Assembly (NCBI GenBank): GCA_030704615.1
Contig: CM060732.1
Coordinates: 53,568,001-53,632,000, forward strand
Source of the DNA: Takakia lepidozioides
Lineage: Eukaryota; Plantae; Bryophyta
DNA: 64,000 nucleotides
Reading direction: 5' to 3'
In this document: positions 12,101 through 24,500 of the stretch, one piece after another
Layout of the letters: every line of letters starts with the position of its first letter
Position numbering within the stretch: position 1 is the first letter of the stretch
Position numbers and translations under genes: made by a program
Notes under the pieces: model-generated
Databases searched by the model: none
What the model was told of the DNA's origin: nothing
The model's input: only the letters and a program-made list of their open reading frames with translations

Positions 12101-14397
12101 TCCAAAGGATTCATCGGCAAGCGTCCAAACTCTCCCTTCCCCTCTTTCCCAAAATGTTCTTTGCAGTCTTGGGGTTTCTTGTTGGTCTACTTTGTCGGCC
12201 TATACGACTATGGTTGTAGAGTTGTTAGCTGAATCTAGGAACATGGTCACCTAGTATTCTCCTTCCTAAGATTAGTTGGCTAGTTTTTTTTTGTTTTTTT
12301 TTGTGGGTAATTTTGTAGAGAACAGGGGACGGAGGCCATGGATAAAATTTTATTTAGACTTATTTGAGGGGATAAAAATGGAAGCCCCGGGTACACCAAT
12401 GCTTTTACTGATGCTGTATTTTTTGTAGTTCATTTGGTATTGGGATTAGTGATCAATATACTGTTCTCAGCATCCAACAGATTGCCCAATAGTTAGGCAT
12501 AATGTTGGTCCACAACTAGTGTAAGTGAAAGCAAGCTTAAACCTTGGTAAGAGAGCGCTGCATCATTGAGGGCATTTAAAGCGTTCCCTCTTAATAGGGC
12601 ATCATCGTCTGCAACCTACATGACAAATACAAGTTACACTAGTTTGTAGACATTAATTTCTCAATAATAATAATTAATAATCTGCAATCTGCAAAAATTA
12701 GCGCCTAATTATGAAGTAACTATCTGGAAAAGCAAATTATCTGGAATGGAGGACCCACTTCATCTTTTTCTTCTCTTAATCTATTTCTGTTCGCCCTTCT
12801 GGACAGACGAGTTAAATTATACTGGGTCTTCTTGCAATCATTTTAATAAAATTGAAAACGAAAGAAGAAACAACAACAACGACGACAACAAAATAGAAAG
12901 GGAAAAAAAAAAATGGTAGAAAGCTACCATGTTTAGCAGACCTTTGATACATCCCAGTTGACAAAGAGCATCCCAGCTTGTCATTGCAGCTACAGCATTT
13001 CCAAACATGTGTAAAATTACTAACAAAATAAAACATGAATTAGTACAACCCAGCACAGTGATATGTGACAAAATCGTAATAGGAGGCGCATGGGTGAGGT
13101 CCCGTGGCCGAGCCCATGGGGAGGACCTCAAAATGGCTCCTTCCATGATGTGAAGAAATTGCCATTATTCTAGAAAGATGCCTCGTCATCAGACAACATC
13201 TCCTCTGGCTTCAGTCTAGGGAGATCCAAAAAATACAAAGAAAATAATGGCAAGCTCTTTATGAAACCGTGAAGCCTTTCAAATGAGGTGACTGTACAAG
13301 AGTGAACAAGAACCATGTGGGAGAAGTAAAAGCCCATAAACAAAGGGAAAAACACAAGTAAAAGGGAGGACAGAACTACACAGTAATAGACCTGCAATAC
13401 ACTTGAAGCAAAGTGCTAGCTGCTGCCGGATGTACATGTCCTTTTCGTCCAACATAGACGCCAAAATAGGGAGAAAGCCTACATATACATAAAATGTATA
13501 AACATTATTTTTTGTTTTCTTTAAAAAATTTACAGAACAGGGGGATTTGAAGTAGAACAAGATTTGAAGTAGAAGTGACAATTTTATGGCATTTTTTCCA
13601 TTTTTTCTCAATTTACTAAATCTACTCAAAGAAGAGGACTTTCAAGGAATCCAATATTATTCCTAATTATTGATTCTATTAATCCATCATTTTGTTCTTT
13701 GTATTTTTCAACTCACCAGCAGCAAGACAACGTGCACGATTATCTGGAACACAAAGGAGCTCAACAGCCCATGTAACGGACTTTTGCCGGACAATGAGGT
13801 TTTTGTCCCTCAACAGCCGCACCTTATATTCATATCCAGTCAAGTTGTTAGAGAGAGAGAGACAACCCAACCGAGGTTAGCGTGAATAAGAGCCGCCCTC
13901 TTCCATATCAAGTTAGATTTATCAATAAACATCAAATATAAAGATTATACAAAGAAGGTTATGCTATTATACAAGAAAAAGTCACAAAGTCTCACCATCT
14001 TAGAATACATGAAGTTCCCAAACGCCTTAGTGACAGTGGTGGGGGCTAGAGGTGTGGGAAAAGGTTGAGCCTGATGCTGCCAAATTTGGTGGCCATGGAG
14101 CTCGCAATTCAACAAAGGGTAGGCACGCTCATTGTCCGGGAGAGGCTCATACTTAACATTACCCTCATTATTCGTTTGCTTGATTGCATAGCGCCATGCT
14201 AAGTATGGCCGCATCGTTCCATCTTCCTCCGGATCCTCATGCAGAAACGGACGATTCGTCCCATCCTCCAAAGGCTGTTCCGATCGGACCCCTCTCTTCT
14301 CTTCTTCCTCCTTCAATTTTCCCCCTTTCTTCTCTTCTTTCTTGTCATCTTTGTGTTCCTTCTCCTCACTATCCGTAGGCAGAGATTCAACACCCAT
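9130..14397 (-). CDS. RSPH14: Radial spoke head 14-like armadillo-repeat protein (about 463 aa); exons 14397-13996, 13822-13717, 13478-13392, 12989-12928, 12615-12543, 12035-11875, 11565-11477, 10050-9934, 9751-9640, 9312-9130
   Basis: All ten exons join in phase through GT-AG introns with no stops. PTPLAPTTVTKAFGNFMYSK/VRLLRDKNLIVRQKSV aligns with the recalled human RSPH14 N-terminus ([32 protein letters not shown]); the C-terminal LIMNVAEDLAARKDLQ...QLQFR resembles LTMLAEAPEGRKALQ...VIEFKP. Confidence 0.85.
10653..10980. mobile_element. One-ended hAT-like MITE fragment in an RSPH14 intron
   Basis: Begins CAGTGTTTTAAAA with repeated tcgcc/ggcga-type motifs; no matching second TIR found. Confidence 0.35.
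11020..11225 (-). mobile_element. tRNA-derived SINE (family B) in an RSPH14 intron
   Basis: Minus strand has a tRNA-like head with B-box gggttcaaaacc and an A-rich tail (plus-strand T tract at about 11020-11034). Confidence 0.45.
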
Positions 14398-14861
14398 GTT
14401 TTGTTTCGTGTCTGTGTGGAGATTGTTGGGATGCAGGAGCTGCTCCGAGAGAGTGAGAGATGCTTGTTCTCGGCGGTTAAGTGTTACAGACGTTCGGCCG
14501 GCGTTAGACGGCACGGTGCGGGCCCGTCACCGTGACGGCGCTTAACCGCCCGTCCGTTATCGTCTCCAACCGGCGCCTGGCCTCGCGTTGATGCGACGTG
14601 GCGCCGTGGACTACCGGCTGTGGGCAGTCGTGCCGGTATTCTTGGAGCGCGCGGGAATTTCTTTTCCAGCTACTGGCGAGTCCAGCACGGGAGAGGAGGA
14701 GGAAAGAAATCTATGGGGACAGATTGATACAGAAGATTGATACAGATCGGTGCAGAGGAGAGCGATCTGGAGAGAATGGAACTTGCAGTTTGAGATGATT
14801 ACAAATTTGGAGGGATGATGTGAGTTTGCGGTGTGGAAGACAGGGCAGGCGCGGAGGAGAG
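14398..14861. promoter_or_regulatory. Putative bidirectional promoter and 5' UTRs shared by RSPH14 and GCP2
   Basis: Only 464 bp separate the two ATGs; GC/CpG-rich; GGCGGTT (14472-14478) and AACCGCC (14544-14550) MYB-type sites, a ccgtcac-c-gtgacgg palindrome and an MSA-like CCGTT. Confidence 0.65.
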
Positions 14862-15413
14862 ATGGAGCAGGCGGAGTCGAAGAAAGTGCAGGGGCTGCTG
14901 GAGAATCTCGTGCGGGTGTGTAAGAACAGCTCGCAGGCGGCAGCTCTGTTCCATGAAAATCTGGAGGAACTTTGGCCTTCGCTGCAACGGGCGTCGACAC
15001 ATGCCTTGCCCAAGGTTTGTCCTGCCTGTTTCTGCTACCGTCATTTTCGAGTAAATGCTGGAACGGGAGTTTCAGTTTTGGAAAATTCCGGCAGTAATGT
15101 ATAAGCTGTGCATCACTGCAAGGTAGAACAAGTGAGAAGGGGTTTGATGGAGGCAGAAGTATATCATAAAAAATGGCTTCTAAGGCGAATGTCTGACCAA
15201 TTATGTTAACGGATAATCATATATTCGTATGTTTCGGAATTTGTGCGCGCCTTAGGAAGGAGGCATTCCCCTACAGAGAAAGCCAGGTCACATGGTTTGG
15301 AGATTGTCTGATCAGTGATCAAACACTTCCCTCCTTGTATACATATTTCTTTGTGCAGGGGGAGCTGGATGTGTATGGATCTGTCTGTGAGATGTGTGTT
15401 CGTGTCGGAGAGA

Positions 15414-15510
<97 letters not shown>

Positions 15511-18500
15511 CTCAAAGTCCAAGTTAAGCTGAGACAAATTAAGCTTCCCTTGTATTGGATAATGTTGTGGCTGCTCAGTTTCGAAGTACGTGATCACTTC
15601 ACGACCTTGGTGACCGACCACGGATATACTGCTAGTACCTCTGGCTTTTGGACACGTGCCTATAAGTTGTCTTAGCCTGAGAAGAAGTGTTGCAGAGAAG
15701 AAGTGATAATCGGCCTACAAACTTCGAATTCAGGTTACTTTTTGTTTGCAATATTCCAGGTGAATTGCAAAAGCGATCAAACTTCAGATACCAGGGAGAT
15801 ACAACTTCAAATATCTCTCTGAAATTAATGAGCTTTTTAGTGAAAGTGTGGAATTCTCTCTTTTGATCTAGTGATTGGACTGGTGTCATTGCAAATGCAA
15901 TACAGCCCCTAATTTTCATTCTATGACAGAGTATGTTGACCTAGTTAGGAATGAACCATTGACATATCAAACACTTCTTTATTCAAGTCAAATACTGCAA
16001 TCGCATCAGAACAAGCAGTTCAATTCGTGTACTGGGGTTAGGGTTAAGTGAGGGGATGTGTAGAAAATGCTCTTTGTTTCTAGCTGAAGTATGGGGCAAG
16101 TCAAGTTTAAGCACAGAGATGTTTTCTTCAGGAAAAGATGTATTGCGTAAAAGTCACATGAAACTTACACCTAGTGGCTGGTGTAAATAGAGCCCCAAAT
16201 GTGTTGCAAGAAGGATTTTGCAACTCGAAGGCAGGGAGTGGCAATGTTGCTGATCTTTGTTTTGCTCCATGATTGTTTCACTGTTAGAACTATTCTAATT
16301 TTTTTTTGTGTACATGCAGCTCCAGCTATTGCAGGAACAGCGGCTGCTTCTGGCATCATCTCCTCATCCAAAAAAACTCATTGAGAAGATTGAGCAACTC
16401 AAAGATGTCGGGTACAGTGTTTCATTCATGACTTAACAAGTCATAAGATAAAATCACCATCAGTTTAAGAGTGTTAATTGAATTTGTGATGTTGAATACC
16501 TGGGGTTTTTGTCAGTGTGGCTTGAGTGAAGTTTCATCTGTTATCGCTTTAGAAGGAATCTAAGGCTCAAGAGATGGTACTGGTGATTAGACCAGTTGTC
16601 TAAGAAGTTGGATCTGCTTGCAGGGTTCAGGGAATTGATAAGTACATCTGGCTTGTCGGTCAAGTGATAACAGACCCTGATGTGAAGAAACTTGTGTCCC
16701 TCCAACGTGGAATGGAGCCTTCTGTTGATTCCGAGTCTGGTGACTCACCAGTGCCTGAAGCCGCAGATAGCCCTTCACAACCATCTTCGGAGGTCATTTT
16801 TCCTTCACCTGTAGAATTCATGTCTTGTCTGTGAGGGTCATCGCACATGTTATGATTCCTTGTCAGCTGAGTGTCCTTGATTGGCTACTTTTATTCCTAC
16901 AAGGAGCTATGTGTTTAGAGAAAGACAGAATGTAATCAATACAATTCCCTGGGAAGTTTGGATATGAAGGAGCCTTTTGGTGTATTTCCCATATCACCTA
17001 TCCAGAGGTGCTCGTGGAATTCTACTACCTGGGTATTGGCACTCATCAAAATTGCAATGGTGCTCACACACAGCTGCAACAATCCATTTCATGGAAGTGG
17101 ATGCTGATTCAAGGGTGGGCTTTGAAATCAGATCAGAGAGCAATGTTCATCCCACCTGGGCTACTCTAGAGAGTGTGTGGGATTAGACATGCACAGTAAG
17201 CACCTGAACAAGTTGCATGGTTTAAGTAGGTTGGTTTCTGTCAAGCCTAAGGATTTCGAAGTCTGCAAGCTTGTTGTAGTTTGCCAATACTGCTGTTAAT
17301 GTGCTTTGTTGGATGCTGGCAGCCACCAAGCACACCAAGATCTCTTTCAGATGTGAGTGAAGCCCCGTCAAAAAAATCCAGGGAGACTGAGACAATCATC
17401 AATCGTGCTGCTGGTGTGGTGCGACAGCTTCACAACCTGGGCCTTGATGATAACCAGTCAGAAACTGGCAGCTGGGTGTCTTCCCGCTCAGAAAGTATGG
17501 TCCCAATACAATAACTTGAATACAGTGTTAGTATGCAGTTGGATTCTGTGAAGGATGGATGCAACACATACATATGTAAGTAGAGAGAGAGTGCCCTCAT
17601 GATGAACTTAAATCATCTATTGCATGCTACTTGCTGATATCGACAATGGGCTGACATGAGGTACATCTACCATGCAGAGTACCTGGATGTACCCAAACCT
17701 CTCATAGAGGGGGTGTCATATCCAGCAACCCCGCAATGGAATGTAGAGAGACCCTATCTCACTGGACAACATCTCTTTCAGGTAACAGACCGACCTGGGC
17801 GAAGTGCCACTCACCTCTTTCGCTTTTGTAGACAGAACCTAGTTGATTGTTTCTTTCCGTGTCATTCTATGTGCCTTTCTACCTTGGTTTGTTTTTAAGA
17901 GTGATTTGCTTGCTGTTTTTCTCTTCTCCATAACACCCAACTTCTGCTTTCAGGACATCAACGCAACAACTCCGAGGAGAAGCTCGACTCCAAGGGGAAG
18001 CTTCATAGAGAAAGAATCTGTCAAGTAATTGTTTAATTGTGCACACCTCTATTGTACTGAAAATGTGGTATCATCAGCAAGCCTATTGGGTTGTTTTCTG
18101 GATTGGTGAACTGTGGATCTGGAGGATCTCTACATGAAATGTCTCTTGGTGATTTCACACTGAAGTTCCTTGGCCCCCTTGACACAGTTTTATTTTTGCA
18201 GTAAAATTGAAACCAGCAGACCCCTTGGCTTTTTTGCACCTTCTGTCCAGGTATGTTTTACGCGCAAATCTTCTCTTAGTTTAAGATTGAGAGTCTGTTG
18301 AATGGCTTATCTCACCTTGAACCTGTTGAGTATCCTGGAGATTGTGAAAAGCTTTATGTTGCACATGAGGTGCAGGATGCTAGAAGTGACTGGTAGATTG
18401 TGCACCCAAGCAAAGTTTCTAATGCTGTGCTCAAAGTCTGTAAGAATAGTGGATATCAATGCTAAAACCAGCATGGTCTATGTCTAAGGCTCTTTTAACC

Positions 18501-21500
18501 ACAGGAACTGTTGGTGATTGACGACTTGCTGTATGCGATGGTGGGCATCGAAGGCAAGTATGTGCGAGTGCGACGGGGTCGGTTCAAGGATGGAAACTCA
18601 TTCTCCTTCTATGTGGACCCATCCATGGACGCATCTATACATGTATGTAGCTATGAGTACCACTCAGCCGTTTTTGCTACCAATCATATTCCATCTGTGT
18701 CGTTCTGTAAAAGCTTATTTTCCAAAGTTTCCACCTGGAGCGCAGGAGCTTGCAAAAAGGATTCTGCCTCTGTGTGAGAATTACATGGTAGTCAGCCAAT
18801 TCTCAGAAGCTCGATCACATTTTAAGCATGGATTAGTCAACCATGCATTCGCAGCTGCTCTAAGAGCTATTCTGCAGGTTGGTACTCTACTTTTCACAAC
18901 TTTCAGTTTGAAGGTGTACTGTAGCTTTTCAACTTTAATGGGTGGGGAAGGGTATCTTCAATCCCTTCAGTTTTACTTGCAATTGGCATATGTCCTAAGA
19001 GTTTACTTTTACATGCAGAGATAACATGCATGTTTGTAGTTTTTCTGCAATCAAGTCATGGGTGTCATTTTGTACTAATAGAAGGGGATTATGTAGGATT
19101 ATCATGCGATGGTGGCACAATTGGAGCATCAATTTCGGTTAGCACGCCTGTCTCTCCAGGGGTTGTGGTTTTTTAGTCAGGTATGTTTCACTCTGCTGAC
19201 AGGAATTTTTCCTGGGATAAAGGTTGGAGTGAGGCAGCAATATCTTTCTGAATATGAGTTCTATTCCTTTTGGCTGTCACAGTGCCCACAATTAGAGAAG
19301 GTGATAGTTTTGAACAGAGTGAACAGATTGTACTCATAAGACGTTGTTTGCCGTAGCCTTGTGGCCATTGACCCCGTGCCCAGTTTGAGCGGGAACAAAA
19401 GGAACAGAACCTACCTCTGTCAGGGGCTGTCGTTGGTAGTAAGACTTACCATTAATCCGGGTTTTCCCTTCACACAAGCATCAATCTGCTGTGTGTGATT
19501 TGCCCAAAAACTAGGCCTCAGGAGGGCCTGGGCTTTTGGCTCAGCCTCGAGACTTTCAAAGTTGGTAAACAGGGGTACAGGCACAATTCCCTTGATAGAG
19601 TTGCAGAGAGAGCGTCTCTTTGGTGAGAGAGCCCCGGACAGTGTATCAGAAAATGAATACTGTCTTCAGATTGCCCACACAACGGGCAATTGCACTCTCC
19701 CTTTCCTCTCTGCTTCTGTTTGCTGTTCAAAGGTAGGCTTCCTGCCCTGAGTTTAAATTTCAGTCTAGTGCCGAGAGTGGGTAGACCCTTGAGGTCATCC
19801 AAGATGTCCTCCCCCATGTCACTGACTGGAAACAAGTTCAGGGAAGTTTTCTGCCTAACTTCATTTTCATCAGACAATCTCATGGCAACAGACATGGCTT
19901 TGGACACTACAGCCTCTAAGTCAGATTTATCCAGCAGGGTCAAGACTTGCGGATCCAGGTCCAGGTCCTTGAGAATCTCTTCTACTCTCTTCTGCCAGGA
20001 CTCAGCCTGTTTGACAAGGCGGTCCTGTTTCCAAGATATAGAGTCGATTAACTTACGATATCTGGTGTTGGGCATATGTTGCAGCTGACCCCACCATCTG
20101 ACCTTGAATTCATCTCGTCGGGAGCTTAAGGATGGAATGCCAAACTCACCCCGAACAGCCACATTGGCTGTTTTGGAGCATGCTGACATACACTCCTTAA
20201 GCACCCCCACTTCAATGGATTCTAGAGACTTAGCCTGGTTGGAGTTATCAACCCATATAGCAGATCCGTACTCCAAGGCAGGTCTAATAACGCGACAAAG
20301 CATGGTTTTCTTAACCTCAGAGTTGACCCCTCTGCAGTGGAGAAATTTAGTGAGCCCCAGAGCTTTGCCCTTGCCAGTTTGAACAACTTTCCGGATATGT
20401 GCATCCCAATTACAATTGGAGGAAAACTCAACGCCCAGGAAGGGAGGACCGGGATCTCTTGGCTACCCCACTGCCACTTAAGATCACTTCCTCCCTCTCC
20501 TCTGTCGTTGAATGCCACTGCACATTTGCTGACATTAGCCTCTAGCCCCCAAAGATCAAAGTATCTCTTCGCGCAATCAATCAACTCCTGGAGATTGGTT
20601 GGAGTCTCCCCTATGCCTGCGAAGTCATCCGCAAACATAAGGGCTGGTATGGTGGTATCACCCACTCTTAACCCAAATCCCTCACTTTCCACATCCTCGA
20701 GGAGTTGATTGATGAAAACATTGAAGAGCAGAGGGGAGAGAGTACATCCTTGAGCTACACCTTGGTCTATGTCAAAGAAGTTGGACTTCTGTCCGTTAAC
20801 AGTGACACAGCTTTTGGTGTGAGCATACAAGTTGTGGAGAACTCTCCACATCTTTCCCTTGATCCCACAAGACCAGAGGCGGAACCATAGGCCATCTCTC
20901 CACACTGTGTCATAAGCCTTTTTGACATCCAGGAAAAAAACATAAGTGGGTTTCCCTTCTTTTTTCCTTCCCTGAATAATCTGGCTTAGAGTGAAGATAT
21001 GATCCACACAGCCCCTGTTTCACCGAAAGCCAGCTTGGCCTTCGTGGAAACAACCTCTAGACTCCAGATCAACCTCGAGACGAGTACTTATAACTCTGCA
21101 GAATGTCTTGCCAACAGCATTGAGGAGCGTGATGCCACGGTAGTTCCCCGGTTCTTCTCTGTCACCCTTCTTGTATAGATTGACAATGACCCCCTGTCGC
21201 CAGCGAAAGGGGATCATTTCAGTCTTCCAGATAAGGTTAAAGAGGAGAACTAGGGCCTCTATCATGGGATCGCCATCGTGCTTGATAAGCTCGTTGACAA
21301 TACCATCAGGTCCACCAGCTTTATATCCATTTAAATGTTCAATTGCTTCCACAATCTCAGAAGAACTAATGGGAGCGTTATAAGCCATTGAAATATACTC
21401 CAGTTCATCAGGGCTGTTTTGAATCATAGGAACAGTTTTTCTAACTGTGTCCCTCCATTCAGCAGAAGACCCCTCACTGTTAGACCTAGAAGTTCTGCCA

Positions 21501-24500
21501 AGGATACTGTAGTGATTTTCAAAGGTTTTGACAATGTCAACAGATGAAGTCACCACTTCACCTTTAGTAGTCTTCAGCGCTTGTACTTGCTGACCGTTTT
21601 TAGGCTTGTACAAACGTTGAAGGGCCAACCAGAATTTCTTGTCATTACCACCATGGTGGTTTGAGTTTATTTCACTGTATAACTTATCCCAGTATAATTT
21701 CTTCTGAGACCTAACAAGCTGATTGATATCTTTACGGAGCTGGTAGTACCTCGCCCACAATTCTCTGTTGGTTTTCAAATTGCAGCACTCTTTATAGAGG
21801 GCTCGTCTCTCAGCTATCTTGAGTTTGATCTCATTGGTCCACCAATTAACAGCTCTACCGCAGACGATTAGTTTCCTCCCAATGATCTTGTCAGCCACGG
21901 AGGAAACGAAACTCTCCCAAGAGTCCACTGCTCTTTCGACTTCATTTCTTGCGTTGCCAGGCGAGACTGAAGTTCTTGGAGCGATTGGACAAAGTGAGGG
22001 AGAGCCTCTTGCAAGGCCTGGACGTACTCAGCCTTGACCTCCTCATTATGGAATTTTTCTATGCGCCACTTCCAAATCGAACGTTTCACAGATCTCTTGG
22101 TGTTGGGAAAACACCTTTTGATCTCAGTCCAAACCAGGAAGTGGTCAGAGGTACCAATATCAGTTCTGTCGATCAACACATTGGCACACTGGGGAAACAA
22201 ATTTTTGTCCATTATGATATAGTCCACAATGGAACGTTCCCCAGTTTGGGATTTCTCACGAGTCCACTGCACTTGGTCACCTCTTGTCCTGTTATTCAAG
22301 GTCAAAAGCTGAAGCTCTTCCAGACAGTTAATTAACCGTCTGCCATTAGAATTCAGCTCGTCCTCACCAAAAGGCCCAATGATATCGTCCTGATGGAGCC
22401 CTTTGCCCACCCGGGCATTGAAGTCACCCAATAGCACTAACTGACCTTTGGCAAGGAACGAAGCACAGTCCAGCTTTACATCTTCGAAGGCTTTGTCTGC
22501 GTCAGCACTAAGGGTCCCCTCTGTGAGCATGTAAACACAACCCACAAAGAGGTCCTTCGTACTCATGCCGCCCTTCAGATTCAGTTTTAGCCAGATACTA
22601 TGCTCATACCTCAAACCCTTGTTGATAATTTCACAATTATCAAACAAGAAATCACGGACAAAGAATCCAACCCCTTTTGACCGCGTTTGGCAGAGGCTGC
22701 CTTGAGAGTACACATCCTACCTGCCCATTTATAACCATTGACATCTCCAACCAGTTTATCCGACGTTTCCCATGTTTCTTGCCCAGCACAGATATGAATA
22801 TCATTAGTCCGAAGGACTTGTCCCACTTCGAGTTGTTTCCTTTGGTTAGTAAGCCCTGAGAAGTTGAAAGTGGCCAGCCGCAAGCCAGCCCTTTGCATGT
22901 GAATTGTTTGTCGTCTAGGTAGCTTGTGATTGCTCCTGGACGGCCAACCGTTCTGCAAACGGGGGACAGTTACCCCATGTGTAGATTTTGCTCGTCTTGT
23001 GTAAACTTTGAGAATTGGTAAACCATTCAGGGTACCAAATCCTTCAGTTACACGACGCACAGACTCCGCACACTTAGGGGTATATTGTCCGTCAGACTGC
23101 TTGGGGACAATTACCCCGTGTGTAGATTTTGCTCGTCTTGTGTAGACTTTGAGGATTGGTAAACCATTTAGAGTACCAAATCCTTCAGTTACACGACGTT
23201 CAGGCTCTGCACACTTAGGGACAGATTGTCCATCTGACGGCTTGGGGACAATTACCCCGTGTATAGAAGTTGTTCGTCTTGTGTAAACCTTGAGGATTGG
23301 TAAACCATTCAGAGTACCAAATCCTTCAGTTTCAGGATGTTCAGGTTCTGTACACTTAGGGGCATCTTGTCCTTCTGGCTGTTTGGATTCAACCTCATTC
23401 AGAGCATCAAACCGATTAGAAACTCTCAAGTTGAAGTCCTTGCCCTTGGTTGTCTTCCTAGAGCGCCCCATTGAATCACCAATGTCTAAGACCGCTCTCC
23501 AGCCAGTCAAGGGACGAACTTCTTTGAGATTGAATTGATGTGGGACTCTATTAGAAGCACTTTTGGTCATTGCAATCTTCAACGTACCCCTGTTATCAAG
23601 TCTCGAGATGGAACCATTAGCCATGAAATCCAAGCCTAAGCTAGAGCATGTAGTTTTAAAGGACACATCATCCATCCTGGGATTCCCCCCAAAAACTACA
23701 CATGAAGCCCTAGATTTGGCATAAGTAACCAATTCCCAGGAATCACCCTTGGGAGTGTTGATGTTGATAGGAGCTAAAATTTTGATTGATCTCGCAGGCT
23801 ATAAGTTTAAGCACAGGAACCAACCCGAGCCCAAGTGCCGAGTATGCTAAACAGAGCATACGACTTCCCAATTTGGGCGGAGGGGCTGCCCCCAAGCAGT
23901 AGGGGTCCGCTTGTTACCATTCAGAGATCACACTCCAGGGAGTTGCAGGGAATGGCCCGTGTAGGCATATTCTAAAGAGGGAAAGGCCCCAAGCTTTCCA
24001 ACTAAATCCAATGCACTACCTTACCTGGAGCAAAGCGCTTCAGGTCGAAACAAACAAGGACACGAGGTCACAAGGCCGGCATTTAGTCACAGAGACATTA
24101 ATGTACTCCCGTATCAAGTCCACCCAATGGCAATAGGCTTCCTAGAGGACAGGGAGAGGAACAGAGTGAACAGAAAGGTACTCAGTGGGCATCCTTGCTG
24201 TAGGCTGGCAACAGATGAATGTATGTGCCGAGAGAGGAGGGAGAGAGAGAATATTTGTTCAATCCCCATGTCCAAAGTGTTGTCTCCTGGAAGGTTGTGA
24301 CCTGGGAAAGGGAGACTGGGAGTCTATTCTGGGAACCTCTTTGGTCTACTCTAGTTTTAGTGGCCTGGCCAGTTCAATGCACCTTTGGTGCCTACAAAGG
24401 GGTGAGGATCCTACTATCCTCAGGTCTCCTCTTTGGTTAAGATCTTTCTGCGTGTCATCATAGGATTCAAGCAGCTTCATGTCAGATCCTTCTTCATGTT

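Noticed and set aside
14398-14514. Longer N-terminus for RSPH14 given in the ORF track
   Set aside because: It starts at a GTG; the first in-frame ATG is at 14397.
15203-15675. ORFs encoding poly-ER or poly-LS
   Set aside because: Artefacts of the (GA)n microsatellite inside GCP2 intron 1.
22962-23362. Regularly spaced repeats resembling a CRISPR array
   Set aside because: Whole 141-bp units repeat with no unique spacers, they are in-frame coding sequence, the context is eukaryotic and no cas genes are present.
23760-24158. HDV-like ribozyme in the LINE 5' UTR
   Set aside because: Only simple hairpins (for example gtatgct...agcatac) were seen; I could not build the nested pseudoknot. A covariance-model search would settle it.
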